Source of the DNA: Phyllobates terribilis
Taxonomy: Eukaryota
Assembly: GCF_046119375.1 (NCBI RefSeq)
Contig: NW_027362770.1
Location: 187,550,001 to 187,614,000 of the forward strand
DNA: 64,000 nucleotides
Direction of reading: 5' to 3'
Both the position numbers and the translations under genes were made by a program. How positions within the stretch are numbered: position 1 is the first letter of the stretch; every line of letters begins with the position of its first letter. The notes beneath the pieces are model-generated. The model was not told where the DNA came from. It saw only the letters and a program-made list of their open reading frames with translations, and did not search any database. Shown piece by piece: positions 12,542-24,800 of this stretch.

Positions 12542-13419
12542 TCTATATATTTTATATTGCACTGAACGCATACCGCGATCTCCGGACCCCTAACCACTCA
12601 CCTATCCGGGAGACCACGCTGTGTCTTCGGGCTGGTAGCCGGGAGATGAATGCGCCGTCGGAATCGGCACATGCGCATAGCGCTATCCGGCGCCATTGTA
12701 ATGAAGACATATTTGCAGTGTGTCTTCAGCAAAATGGCGCCGGACAGTGCGGTATGGGCAAGCGCGTACTCCAGCACCTCACTCCTCCCCCGGCTTCCGG
12801 CAGAACAGGACGCAGCAGCGCTGGAGCACAGGGAAGAAAGAAGGGTTTGTTTTTTTTGTATGTGTGCAGCATGAAAGGGATGAGGAGGCCACACATACCA
12901 GGATTGGGGGATGAGGGGGCACACATACCAGGATTGGGGGATGAGGAGGCCACACATACCAGGATTGGGGGGTGAGGGGGGCCACACATACCAGGATTGG
13001 GGGGTGAGGGGGGCCACACATACCAGGATTGGGGGGGGTGAGGGGGGCCATGCATACCAGGATAGGGATGAGGGGGCCACACATACCAGGATTGAGGGGG
13101 CCATACATACCAGGATTGGGGGTGGTGAGGGGTGCCATGCATACCAGGATTGAGGGGGGTGAGGGGGCCATACATACCAGGATTGGGGGGGGTGAGGGGG
13201 CCATACATACCAGGATTGAGGGGGATGAGGGGGCCATACATACCAGGATTGAGGGGGCCATACATACCAGGATTGGGGGGGGGTGAGGGGTGCCATGCAT
13301 ACCAGGATAGGGATGAGGGCAGCACATAACAGGATGGAGGCAGCACAAATACCAGGAGGGGAGACCATATACCAATAAAAATGCTCGCCACCTGGGCGTA
13401 GAGCGGGCTCAATAGCTAG
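12542..13419 (+). mobile_element. Probable non-autonomous Helitron carrying an internal G-rich minisatellite
   Basis: 5' TCTATATA at 12542; 3' CTAG at 13416-13419 followed by T; GC-rich hairpin GCTCGCC-ACCTG-GGCG-TA-GAGC ending ~11 nt before the CTAG. The base before the 5' TC is T, not the canonical A. Confidence 0.45.
12885..13350. repeat. ~31-bp G-rich minisatellite (GGGGGCCACACATACCAGGATTGGGGGGTGA)n
   Basis: Visible period; source of several overlapping low-complexity ORFs. Confidence 0.9.
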
Positions 13420-13718
13420 TGTATTATATATGTATGTGCATAATGTGTATTTCTATAAATGTCATTTGTATGTGTAATATGGATGTGTGTATAATGTGTA
13501 TTTATATGTGTGTGATGTTTATAATGTAACATGTAGTCAGGAGTGCGATGTGCTTGTATGTACATTTGTGTAATCTGTATTTACACCTGCGATGAATACC
13601 TGATGCATTAGAATCGGGCCACCATCTAGTATATATATATATATATGTCATTGGTATGAATGTGTGTGTAATGTGAATATACTGTGTGTAGAGTATAATT
13701 ATATATGTGTGGCACATA

Positions 13719-15183
13719 CAGTGGGTGCGGAAAGTATTCAGACCCCTTTACATTTTTCACTCTTTGTTTCATTGCAGCCATTTGGTAAATTCTAAAAAGT
13801 TCATTTTTTTTCTCATTAATGTACACTCTGCACCCCATCTTGACTGAAAAAAACAGAAATGTAGAAATTTTTGCAAATTTATTTGAAAAGAAAAACTGAA
13901 ATATCACATGGTCATAAGTATTCAGACCCTTTGCTCAGACACTCATATTTAAGTCACATGCTGTCCATTTCCTTGTGCTCCTCCTTGAGATGGTTCTACT
14001 CCTTCATTGGAGTCCAGCTGTGTTTAATTAAACTGATAGGACTTGATTTGGAAAGGCACACACCTGTCTATATAAGACCTCACAGCTCACTGTGCATGTC
14101 AGACCAAATGAGAATCATGAGCTCAAAGGAACTGCCCAAGGAGCTCAGAGACAGAATTGTGGCAAGGCACAGATCTGGCCACGGTTACAAAAGAATTTCT
14201 GCATTACTCAAGGTTCCTAAGAGCACAGTGGCCTCCATAATCCTTAAATGGAAGAAGTTTGGGACCACCAGAAGTCTTCCTAGACCTGGCCGTCCAGCCA
14301 AACTGAGCAATCGTGGGAGAAGAGCCTTGGTGAGAGAGGTAAAGAAGAACCCCAAGATCACTGTGGCTGAGCTCCAGAGATGCAGTAGGGAGATGGGAAA
14401 AAGTTCCACAAAGTCAACTATCACTGCAGCCCTCCACCAGTCGGGCCTTTATGGCAGAGTGGCCTGACGGAAGCCTCTCCTCAGTGCAAGACATATGAAA
14501 GCCCGCATAGAGTTTGCTCAAAAACACATGAAGGACTCACAGACTATGAGAAATAAGATTCTCTGGTCTGATGAGATGAATAATTCTAAGCGGTATGTGT
14601 GGAGAAAACCAGGCACTGCTCATCACCTGCCCAGTACAATCCCAACAGTGAAACATGGTGGTGGCAGCATCATGCTATTGGGGTGTTTTTCAGCTGCAGG
14701 GACAGGACGACTGGTTGCAATTGAAGGAAACATGAATGCGGCCAAGTACAGAGATATCCTGGATGAAAACCTCTTCCAGAGTGCTCTGGACCTCAGACTT
14801 GGACGAAGGTTCACCTTCCAACAAGACAATGACCCTAAGCACACAGCTAAAATAACAAAGGAGTGGCTTCAGAACAACTCTGACCATTCTTGACTGGCCC
14901 AGCCAGAGCCCTGACCTAAACCCAATTGAGCATCTCTGGAGAGACCTGAAAATGGCTGTCCACCAACGTTCACCATCCAACCTGACGGAACTGGAGAGGA
15001 TCTGCAAGGAAGAATGGCAGAGGATCCCCAAATCCAGTGTGAAAAACTTGTTGCATCATTCCCAAGAAGACTCATGGCTGTACTAGCTCAAAAGGGGGCT
15101 TCTACTCAATACTGAACAAAGGGTCTGAATACTTATGACCATGTGATATTTCAGTTTTTCTTTTTTAATAAATTAGCAAAAAT
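13719..15183 (+). mobile_element. Decayed Tc1/mariner (IR-DR type) DNA transposon, right TIR truncated
   Basis: TA|CAGTG start at 13717-13723; left TIR with two AAGTATTCAGACCC direct repeats (~13732, ~13917); inverted copy of the inner TIR (AAAGGGTCTGAATACTTATGACCATGTGATATTTCAG) at ~15118-15183; outer right TIR absent. Confidence 0.9.
14117..15115 (+). pseudogene. Tc1 transposase pseudogene (DD34E type)
   Basis: HTH region MSSKELPKELRDRIVARH...GRPAKLS; catalytic motifs WSDE, QDNDPKH, SPDLNPIE; in-frame TGA at 14465-14467, deletion after WSDE, frameshifts near 14880 and ~15037. Confidence 0.9.
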
Positions 15184-15884
15184 GTGTGTGGTATAGCGGC
15201 ACTATGAACATGCGCTGCATGGCGGTATTATGAATGTGGATTGGCATTATAATATGTATGTGACATTACTTTTTGTCTGTGTGAATACCTAGCAATAGTT
15301 CTGGGTCTATGAAGTGGTCCTTATTTTTCTTTAATAACGGAGCTCCCAAAGCCCAGGGGCAGGAAGTGTTGTCATATGGACGCCGCATATTAAATAAAAT
15401 TTAAAAAAAAAAAAAAAAAAAAATCACATTTTTTAGACTCATGAAATAATCTTTGGTAATTTGTCTCCTAAGAAGACGGAATCTGAAATGCAGAGAATGG
15501 GAAATGGAGGACGCTACAATCCTGGAGAACCCCTTTAATTGCTGATTTTGCTACACTGAATTAAAGGGATCGTCCAGTCTTATGTAAACAAAGCACAACG
15601 AGAAATCCTGCAACTTTTAATAGACTTCAAGATCTCCGCTTGCTGTCAGTCAATGGGAATATTCCTGTTTGTTACTGGAGGTGGAAAACTTGTACAAACT
15701 TCGACCTTCTCACAGCTGAGGGTTTGTTACAGCCTCAGCCGCGCGGTTATACTTGTTCGATGAAGGTTTCCGTTCACCGACAGCAAGAAGAAATCTCAAA
15801 AGTGGTGAAGAACTGCTACATAAAGTCTAGTAGAAAGCTGAAGCCCTTCTCATGCCGCACTTGGATTAGGGGGGCACTCGGGGG

Positions 15885-18800
15885 TCAGTATAAGTCGGGG
15901 TTGTTGCTGCTCAGCAGGACGGGATACGCGGTGCCGATGTAGCGCCCGTGACGATTGACCACCACCTGCAGTTCGTACTCCTCCACCCGGACGATCTCTT
16001 TGGTGGTCTTCTCCTGGGACATGAGGAAGACTATGGTGTAGACAGCGACCTCAAACTCCGGGCTGACCCCGATGAAGCTGCTTCCCACCGGCTTCACCAT
16101 GTCCTTCCAGCTGAACTGCAGATTCAACACCTGGTCGTCTTCATCGGGCTGCGGGGGGAGGAGAGACGTCAGAATGGCCCCCAGGACTAATATTTGGATA
16201 TGTCTATAGGGCTCCAAAGACTCCAGTTCTTACCCGGCTCTTGTGCTGACGGCCCACAAATCCCTTGTAGTCGACGTTGTTCCTCTTCTCCTGGAGGTAG
16301 AACTGGACCCAATTGTGGAGCCCCATGATCTCCTGGCCGCGCTTTGACTCCCCCACAAACACATGCTCAAAGCCGCAGGAATCCGGGCTGCAAAAGTGAA
16401 CAACCCCCATCATTAGTCCATATAACCACATTAGTCCATATAACCGACCAGGACGGAGGGGGACCTGCTGACTTTTTTTTTTGCAAAAATGCTAAGGTAA
16501 AAAACTTTTGCAGTAGATTTAATGAAAATCTTTCACTTAACTTATTTTTTGATTAACTATCTTGTAGAAATCCCCAAGCTCCTCTGATTCTGCCGCTCTT
16601 TTCCGTTTTGCTCTGTGTCGCTCCTTTGTCGAGATATTCACATTTGTTTGTTCTGGAGCGCACTATGTGAAATCTCTGCTTTCAGCACAACTCGTCGTTT
16701 CATCAGAGTCTTCTCTGGGGGCGTGTGCGCTTTCACCCCTCCCACTCTGTCTCAGATGCTGCTGAGCTGCGATTGGCAGAAGGCTAGATCAGCTGCTGAG
16801 CTGGGATTGGAGGGATGAAAGCACACGCCCCCAGAGAAGACTCTGAAGAAACGTCTGATTGTGCTGAAAGCAGAGATTTCACATGCTGCGCTCCAGAAGA
16901 AACAAATGTGAATATCTCTGCAATGCAGCGACATAGAGCAAAACGGAAAAGAGCGGCAAAATCAGGGGAGTTCAGGGATTTCTACAAGGTATTGGTCTTA
17001 TTTTTTTGAGAATGTGCTTCCGCTTTTATAGGAGGAAACTCTCTGTACTCACCCCTTGCCCGGCTCCCGGCTGTAGAGCTGGAACCAGATGTTGTACAAC
17101 TGAGATTTGAAGTCTTTCACATTCAGTTTTGACCATTTTTTCCTGACCAGATATTCATGAGCGACCTGTAACCAAACACGAACGGTTAACGCCACCTCCT
17201 CAGGGTTAGCTCCACTTACCGGTATGTTTAGTTCCTGAAGTAATCTCCTCCCATCAAGGATAACACCACCTCCTCAGGGGTAGCTCCGTACCTGTGTTAG
17301 CTCCATTATGTTTGGTTCTAAGGTAGGGTCCTCCCATCAAGGTTAACAGGACCTCTTCTAAATTGACTCCACCCTTTAGGGTTAGCTTTACCTCCTCAGG
17401 GTTGCCCCTTGTTTTAAATTGCACCTCCTAAAATTAGTCCCTCCCCTCAAGGTAAACCCCACCTCCTCAGGATTATTTCCCCTGCCACCTCCTCATAGTG
17501 AGTTCCATCTCCCCAGGGTTGGTTCCACCTCTTCAAGGTTGTCTCCTCCCTTCAGGGTGAGCTCCACCTCCTCATGGTTAGCTCCACCTCCGCAGAGCAG
17601 GTCCAGTGTGATATAAAGATTAATCATTATATAATAAATATTTTGGAGGGTGGGGGGGGGATTGACATCACCTTCATCACTTTAGTTTCCAGGATGGCGT
17701 CAAGGAACCGGTTCATTTCCGCGATTTCTTCCGAGGTCACAACTTCGGCCACCCCAGTGGACATCTCGTAGTTGTCGAGAAGGGAAATGAAGGCTACATG
17801 GGGGGGGGGGGGATGAGAGGAGCAGACATTATTTATAGTGGAGACCCCAATTAATGGTAATAAGGCAGGATCTGATTGGATGATATGTCCAGGAGGCGGA
17901 GCTCAGAAATGATATGTCCAGGAGGAGGAGCTGAGAAATAAAATTTAAAGGGGAAGTATCACTTCAAACTATGGAAAGGAAAAGAATGAGGAACTTTTCG
18001 GTTAATGGACTTACAAAGCTGATAAAAGAGACGTTCATGCACAAGTAAGTTTTGGGATTAGTGAATGATCTCTGTACATGCCTTGAACCACACAGCAAGC
18101 AGGATTGTGAATGCAGCTTTGGATGTGACTAGAGTATAATAAAAACCCAAGATCTTAATAACTGCGAGGAGGAGGAGATATGAACGACACTCAGAGGCTT
18201 CTCACAGTCCGGGAGTCGTCTTATCCAAAATCCCAGAGTTTTGTTTGCTTAAGTTCTGTAGGAAAGAGTTTCTGTTTGTACAAAAACCTGCTCAGTAACG
18301 AACCTGCAGCTCTGAGACGTCCACAGCTAAATTATAACTATAACGTCCCGTCTCTTACCTGCAAAGGTCTTTATGCTTTTCAGCTTCTCCTCATTGACAA
18401 ATTTGAAGAGCGGGAAATGAGCGCTGTCTCTGGCCTGGTGACTGCCAGCGGGTACATACCCGGCCTTACCCTACAGAGCGGGGGACGGAGGGCGGCAGAT
18501 GAGAGGCAAAAGGAACCATCCCGACATCACAGGAAGAAATATACCAGCGATATTACTGCACATAGGGGGCGGTATTATACCAGCGATATTACAGCACATA
18601 GGGGGCGGTATTATACCAGCGATATTACTGCACATAGGGGGCGGTATTATAGTAGTTATATTCCTGTACATAGGGGGCAGTATTATAGTAGTTATATTCT
18701 TGTACATAGGGGGCAGTATTATAGTAGTTATATTCTTGTACATAGGGGGCAGTATTATAGCAGTTATATTCTTGTACATAGGGGGCAGTATTATAGTAGT

Positions 18801-21800
18801 TATATTCTTGTACATAGGGGGCAGTATTATAGTAGTTATATTCTTGTACATAGGGGCAGTATTATAGTAGTTATATTCTTGTACATAGGGGGCAGTATTA
18901 TAGTAGTTATATTCTTGTACATAGGGGGCAGTATTATAGTAGTTATATTCTTGTACATAGGAGGCAGTATTATAGTAGTTATATTCCTGTACATAGGGGG
19001 CAGTATTATAGTAGTTATATTCTTGTACATAGGGGGCAGTATTATAGTAGTTATATTCCTGTACATAGGGGGCAGTATTATAGTAGTTATATTCCTGTAC
19101 ATAGGGGGCAGTATTATAGTAGTTATATTCTTGTACATAGGGGGCAGTATTATAGTAGTTATATTCTTGTACATAGGGGCAGTATTATAGTAGTTATATT
19201 CTTGCACATAGGGGCAGTATTATAGTAGTTATATTCTTATACATAGGGGGCAGTATTATAGTAGTTATATTCCTGTACATAGGAGGCAGTATTATAGTAG
19301 TTATATTCCTGTACATAGGAGGCAGTATTATAGTAGTTATATTCCTGTACATAGGGGGCAGTATTATAGTAGTTATATTCTTGTACATAGGAGGCAGTAT
19401 TATAGTAGTTATATTCTTGTACATAGGAGGCAGTATTATAGTAGTTATATTCTTGTACATAGGGGGCAGTATTATAGTAGTTATATTCTTGTACATAGGG
19501 GGCAGTATTATAGTAGTTATGTTCTTGTACATAGGGGGCAGTATTATAGTAGTTATATTCTTGTACATAGGGGGCAGTATTATAGTAGTTATATTCTTAT
19601 ACATAGGGGCAGTATTATAGTAGTTATATTCTTGTACATAGGGGACAGTATTATAGTAGTTATATTCTTGTACATAGAGAGCAGTATTATAGTAGCTATA
19701 TTCTTGTACATAGGGGGCAGTATTATAGTAGTTATATTCCTGTACATAGGGGGCAGTATTATAGTAGTTATATTCTTGTACATAGGGGGCAGTATTATAG
19801 TAATGTTCTTGTACATAGGGGGCAGTATTATAGTAGCTATATTCTTGTACATAGGAGCAGTATTATAGTAGTTATATTCTTGTACATAGGGGGCAGTATT
19901 ATAGTAGTTATATTCTTGTACATAGGCGGCAGTATTATAGTAGTTATATTCTTGTACACAGGGGCAGTATTATAGTAGTTATATTCTTGTACACAGGGGC
20001 AGTATTATAGTAGCTATATTCTTGTACATAGGGGGCAGTATTATAGTAATGTTCTTGTACATAGGGGGCAGTATTATAGTAGCTATATTCTTGTACATAG
20101 GAGCAGTATTATAGTAGTTATATTCTTGTACATAGGGGCAGTATTATAGTAGTTATATTCTTGTACATAGGCGGCAGTATTATAGTAGTTATATTCTTGT
20201 ACACAGGGGCAGTATTATAGTAGTTATATTCTTGTACACAGGGGCAGTATTATAGTAGCTATATTCTTGTACATAGGAGCAGTATTATAGTAGTTATATT
20301 CTTGCACATAGGAGCAGTATTATAGTAGCTATATTCTTGCACATAGGAGCAGTATTATAGTAGTTATATTCTTGCACATAGGGGCAGTATTATAGTAGTT
20401 ATATTCTTGTACATAGGAGCAGTATTATAGTAGTTATATTCTTGTACATAGGGGGCAGTATTATAGTAGTTATATTCTTGTACACAGGGGCAGTATTATA
20501 GTAGTTATATTCTTGTACATAGGGGGCAGTATTATAGTAGCTATATTCTTGTACATAGGAGCAGTATTATAGTAGTTATATTCTTGCACATAGGGGCAGT
20601 ATTATAGTAGTTATATTCTTGTACATAGGAGCAGTATTATAGTAGTTATATTCTTGTACATAGGAGCAGTATTATAGTAGCTATATTCTTGTACATAGGA
20701 GCAGTATTATAGTAGTTATATTCTTGCACATAGGGGCAGTATTATAGTAGTTATATTCTTGCACATAGGGGCAGTATTATAGTAGTTATATTCTTGTACA
20801 TAGGAGCAGTATTATAGTAGTTATATTCTTGTACATAGGAGCAGTATTATAGTAGTTATATTCTTGTACATAGGGAGCAGTATTATAGTAGTTATATTCT
20901 TGTATATAGGAGCAGTATTATAGTAGTTATATTCTTGTACATAGGGAGCAGTATTATAGTAGTTATATTCTTGTATATAGGAGCAGTATTATAGTAGTTA
21001 TATTCTTGTATATAGGAGCAGTATTATAGTAGTTATATTCTTGTACATAGGAGCAGTATTATAGTAGTTATATTCTTGTATATAGGAGCAGTATTATAGT
21101 AGTTATATTCTTGTACATAGGAGCAGTATTATAGTAGTTATATTCTTGTACATAGGAGCAGTATTATAGTAGTTATATTCTTGTACATAGAGAGCAGTAT
21201 TATAGTAGTTATATTCCTGTACATAGGGGGCAGTATTATAGTAGTTATATTCTTGTACATAGGAGCAGTATTATAGTAGTTATATTCTTGTACATAGGGG
21301 GCAGTATTATAGTAGTTATATTCTTGTACATAATAGCAGTATTATAGTAGTTATATTCGTGTACATAGGGGGCAGTATTATAGTAGTTATATTCGTGTAC
21401 ATAGGGGCAGTATTATAGTAGTTATATTCTTGTACATAGAGAGCAGTATTATAGTAGTTATATTCTTGTACATAGAGAGCAGTATTATAGTAGTTATATT
21501 CCTGTACATAGGGGGCAGTATTATAGTAGTTATATTCTTGTACATAGGAGCAGTATTATAGTAGTTATATTCTTGTACATAGGGGGCAGTATTATAGTAG
21601 TTATATTCTTGTACATAATAGCAGTATTATAGTAGTTATGTTCTTGTACATAGAGAGCAGTATTATAGTAGTTATATTCTTGTACATAGGGGGCAGTATT
21701 ATAGTAGTTATATTCTTGTACATAGGGGCAGTATTATAGTAGTTATGTTCTTGTACATAGAGAGCAGTATTATAGTAGTTATATTCTTGTACATAGGGGG

Positions 21801-24800
21801 CAGTATTATAGTAGTTATATTCTTGTACATAATAGCAGTATTATAGTAGTTATGTTCTTGTACATAGAGAGCAGTATTATAGTAGTTATATTCTTGTACA
21901 TAGAGAGCAGTATTATAGTAGTTATATTCCTGTACATAGGGGGCAGTATTATAGTAGTTATATTCTTGTACATAGGAGCAGTATTATAGTAGTTATATTC
22001 TTGTACATAGGGGCAGTATTATAGTAGTTATATTCCTGTACATAGGGGCAGTATTATAGTAGTTATATTCTTGTACATAGGAGCAGTATTATAGTAGTTA
22101 TATTCTTGTACATAGGAAGCAGTATTATAGTAGTTATATTCCTGTACATAGGGGGCAGTATTATAGTAGTTATATTCTTGTACATAATAGCAGTATTATA
22201 GTAGTTATGTTCTTGTACATAGAGAGCAGTATTATAGTAGTTATATTCTTGTACATAGAGAGCAGTATTATAGTAGTTATATTCCTGTACATAGGGGGCA
22301 GTATTATAGTAGTTATATTCTTGTACATAGGAGCAGTATTATAGTAGTTATATTCTTGTACATAGGGGCAGTATTATAGTAGTTATATTCTTGTACATAG
22401 GGGCAGTATTATAGTAGTTATATTCCTGTACATAGGGGCAGTATTATAGTAGTTATATTCTTGTACATAGGGGCAGTATTATAGTAGTTATATTCTTGTA
22501 CATAGGGAGCAGTATTATAGTAGTTATATTCTTGTAAATAGGGGGCAGTATTATAGTAGTTATATTCTTGTACATAGGAGCAGTATTATAGTAGATATAT
22601 TCTTGTACATAGGGGCAGTATTATAGCGGTTATATTCTTGTACATAGGGGGCAGTATTATAGTAGTTATATTCTTGTACATAATAGCAGTATTATAGTAG
22701 TTATATTCTTGTACATAGGGGGCAGTATTATAGTAGTTATATTCTTGTACATAATAGCAGTATTATAGTAGTTATATTCTTGTACATAGAGAGCAGTATT
22801 ATAGTAGTTATATTCTTGTACATAGAGAGCAGTATTATAGTAGTTATATTCTTGTACATAGAGAGCAGTATTATAGTAGTTATATTCGTGTACATAGGGG
22901 CAGTATTATAGTAGTTATATTCTTGTACATAGAGAGCAGTATTATAGTAGTTATATTCTTGTACATAGAGAGCAGTATTATAGTAGTTATATTCCTGTAC
23001 ATAGGGGGCAGTATTATAGTAGTTATATTCTTGTACATAGGAGCAGTATTATAGTAGTTATATTCTTGTACATAGGGGGCAGTATTATAGTAGTTATATT
23101 CTTGTACATAATAGCAGTATTATAGTAGTTATGTTCTTGTACATAGAGAGCAGTATTATAGTAGTTATATTCTTGTACATAGGGGGCAGTATTATAGTAG
23201 TTATATTCTTGTACATAGGGGCAGTATTATAGTAGTTATGTTCTTGTACATAGAGAGCAGTATTATAGTAGTTATATTCTTGTACATAGGGGGCAGTATT
23301 ATAGTAGTTATATTCTTGTACATAATAGCAGTATTATAGTAGTTATGTTCTTGTACATAGAGAGCAGTATTATAGTAGTTATATTCTTGTACATAGAGAG
23401 CAGTATTATAGTAGTTATATTCCTGTACATAGGGGGCAGTATTATAGTAGTTATATTCTTGTACATAGGAGCAGTATTATAGTAGTTATATTCTTGTACA
23501 TAGGGGCAGTATTATAGTAGTTATATTCCTGTACATAGGGGCAGTATTATAGTAGTTATATTCTTGTAAATAGGGGGCAGTATTATAGTAGTTATATTCT
23601 TGTACATAGGAGCAGTATTATAGTAGATATATTCTTGTACATAGGGGCAGTATTATAGCGGTTATATTCTTGTACATAGGGGCAGTATTATAGCAGTTAT
23701 ATTCCTGTACATAGGGGGCAGTATTTTAGTAGTTATATTCTTGTACATAGGGGGCAGTATTATAGTAGTTATATTCTTGTACACAGGGGCAGTATTATAG
23801 TAGCTATATTCTTGTACATAGGGGCAGTATTATAGTAGTTATATTCTTGTACATAGGTAGCAGTATTATAGTAGTTATATTCTTGTACATAGGAGCAGTA
23901 TTATAGTAGTTATATTCCTGTCCATAGGAGCAGTATTATAGTAGTTATACTCTTGTACATAGGGGGCAGTATTATAATAGTTATATTCCTGTACATAGGA
24001 GCAGTATTATAGTAGTTATATTCTTGTACATAGAGGCAGTATTATAGTAGTTATATTCTTGTACATAGGGGGCAGTATTATAGTAGTTATATTTACCTGC
24101 AGGGAGATGCGGTAATCTTTTCCAGGACACATACGATTCACGTCGGCGTCCCAGAGCTCATTGTACAGTTTGGACAGCTCATGATTCAGGTTTCCTCTGT
24201 GAAGAACAGAAATTATTCAGAAGTTGATTGAATCTCGCTCTGGTTGAACAGAACTGATGGGACACAACTATTATTTCCATCCGGGACGTTTTTATGTGTT
24301 TTTTACGGGAGGAGTTTTGAGAACTTTATTATGTTTCCTTATTGTCGGTGTTGTCACCTTTCTTTGTTTCTCACTTTCGGTGCAGATTAACATTAATTAA
24401 TACTTAAAGTGAAATCATTACCGTTGTCATCAGGTTCTCTGTCCCTTATTATTGGTCGCAGACAAGTCAAAGATCTCATGTATGTGAATGATAAGATAAA
24501 TGAGAACAATGGGGACGCGCGTTGGGGGGGGGGGGTGTCGGAGGAACAGTCCTGCTCAGTGGAGATAACAGTCTAACGTTTTTTTTGACAGATGTATATA
24601 GCGGGGGATTCGCGCTGACGCTGCCTGACGCTTACAGTAAAGTTGCTGCATAAGCGGGATTTCTTCTATTACATTCCCTTTGTATGACCCCATCGTAGAG
24701 GGATACAGATGGCAGAAGTGACTCCATCCTGACGCGTCGAGACCAAAGCAGCCGTCACAAGGACGCAACATGTCTGATGTAGAGTCCGGATCCTACAACG

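Noticed and set aside
13871-14116. N-terminal extension of the 198-aa transposase ORF
   Set aside because: Read-through of the left TIR and UTR; the Tc1 homology starts at the ATG at 14117.
18180-19190. 336-aa plus-strand ORF with a hydrophobic [12 protein letters not shown] repeat
   Set aside because: Antisense to endou exon 3 plus read-through into the 36-bp satellite.
24727-24763. Hammerhead-like layout on minus strand (TCCT-TGTGAC-GGCT..GGTC-TCGAC-GCGTC-AGGA) in endou intron 1
   Set aside because: Stem I and the GCGTC palindrome fit, but both catalytic cores (CUGANGA and GAAA) are mutated; cannot be supported without a covariance search.
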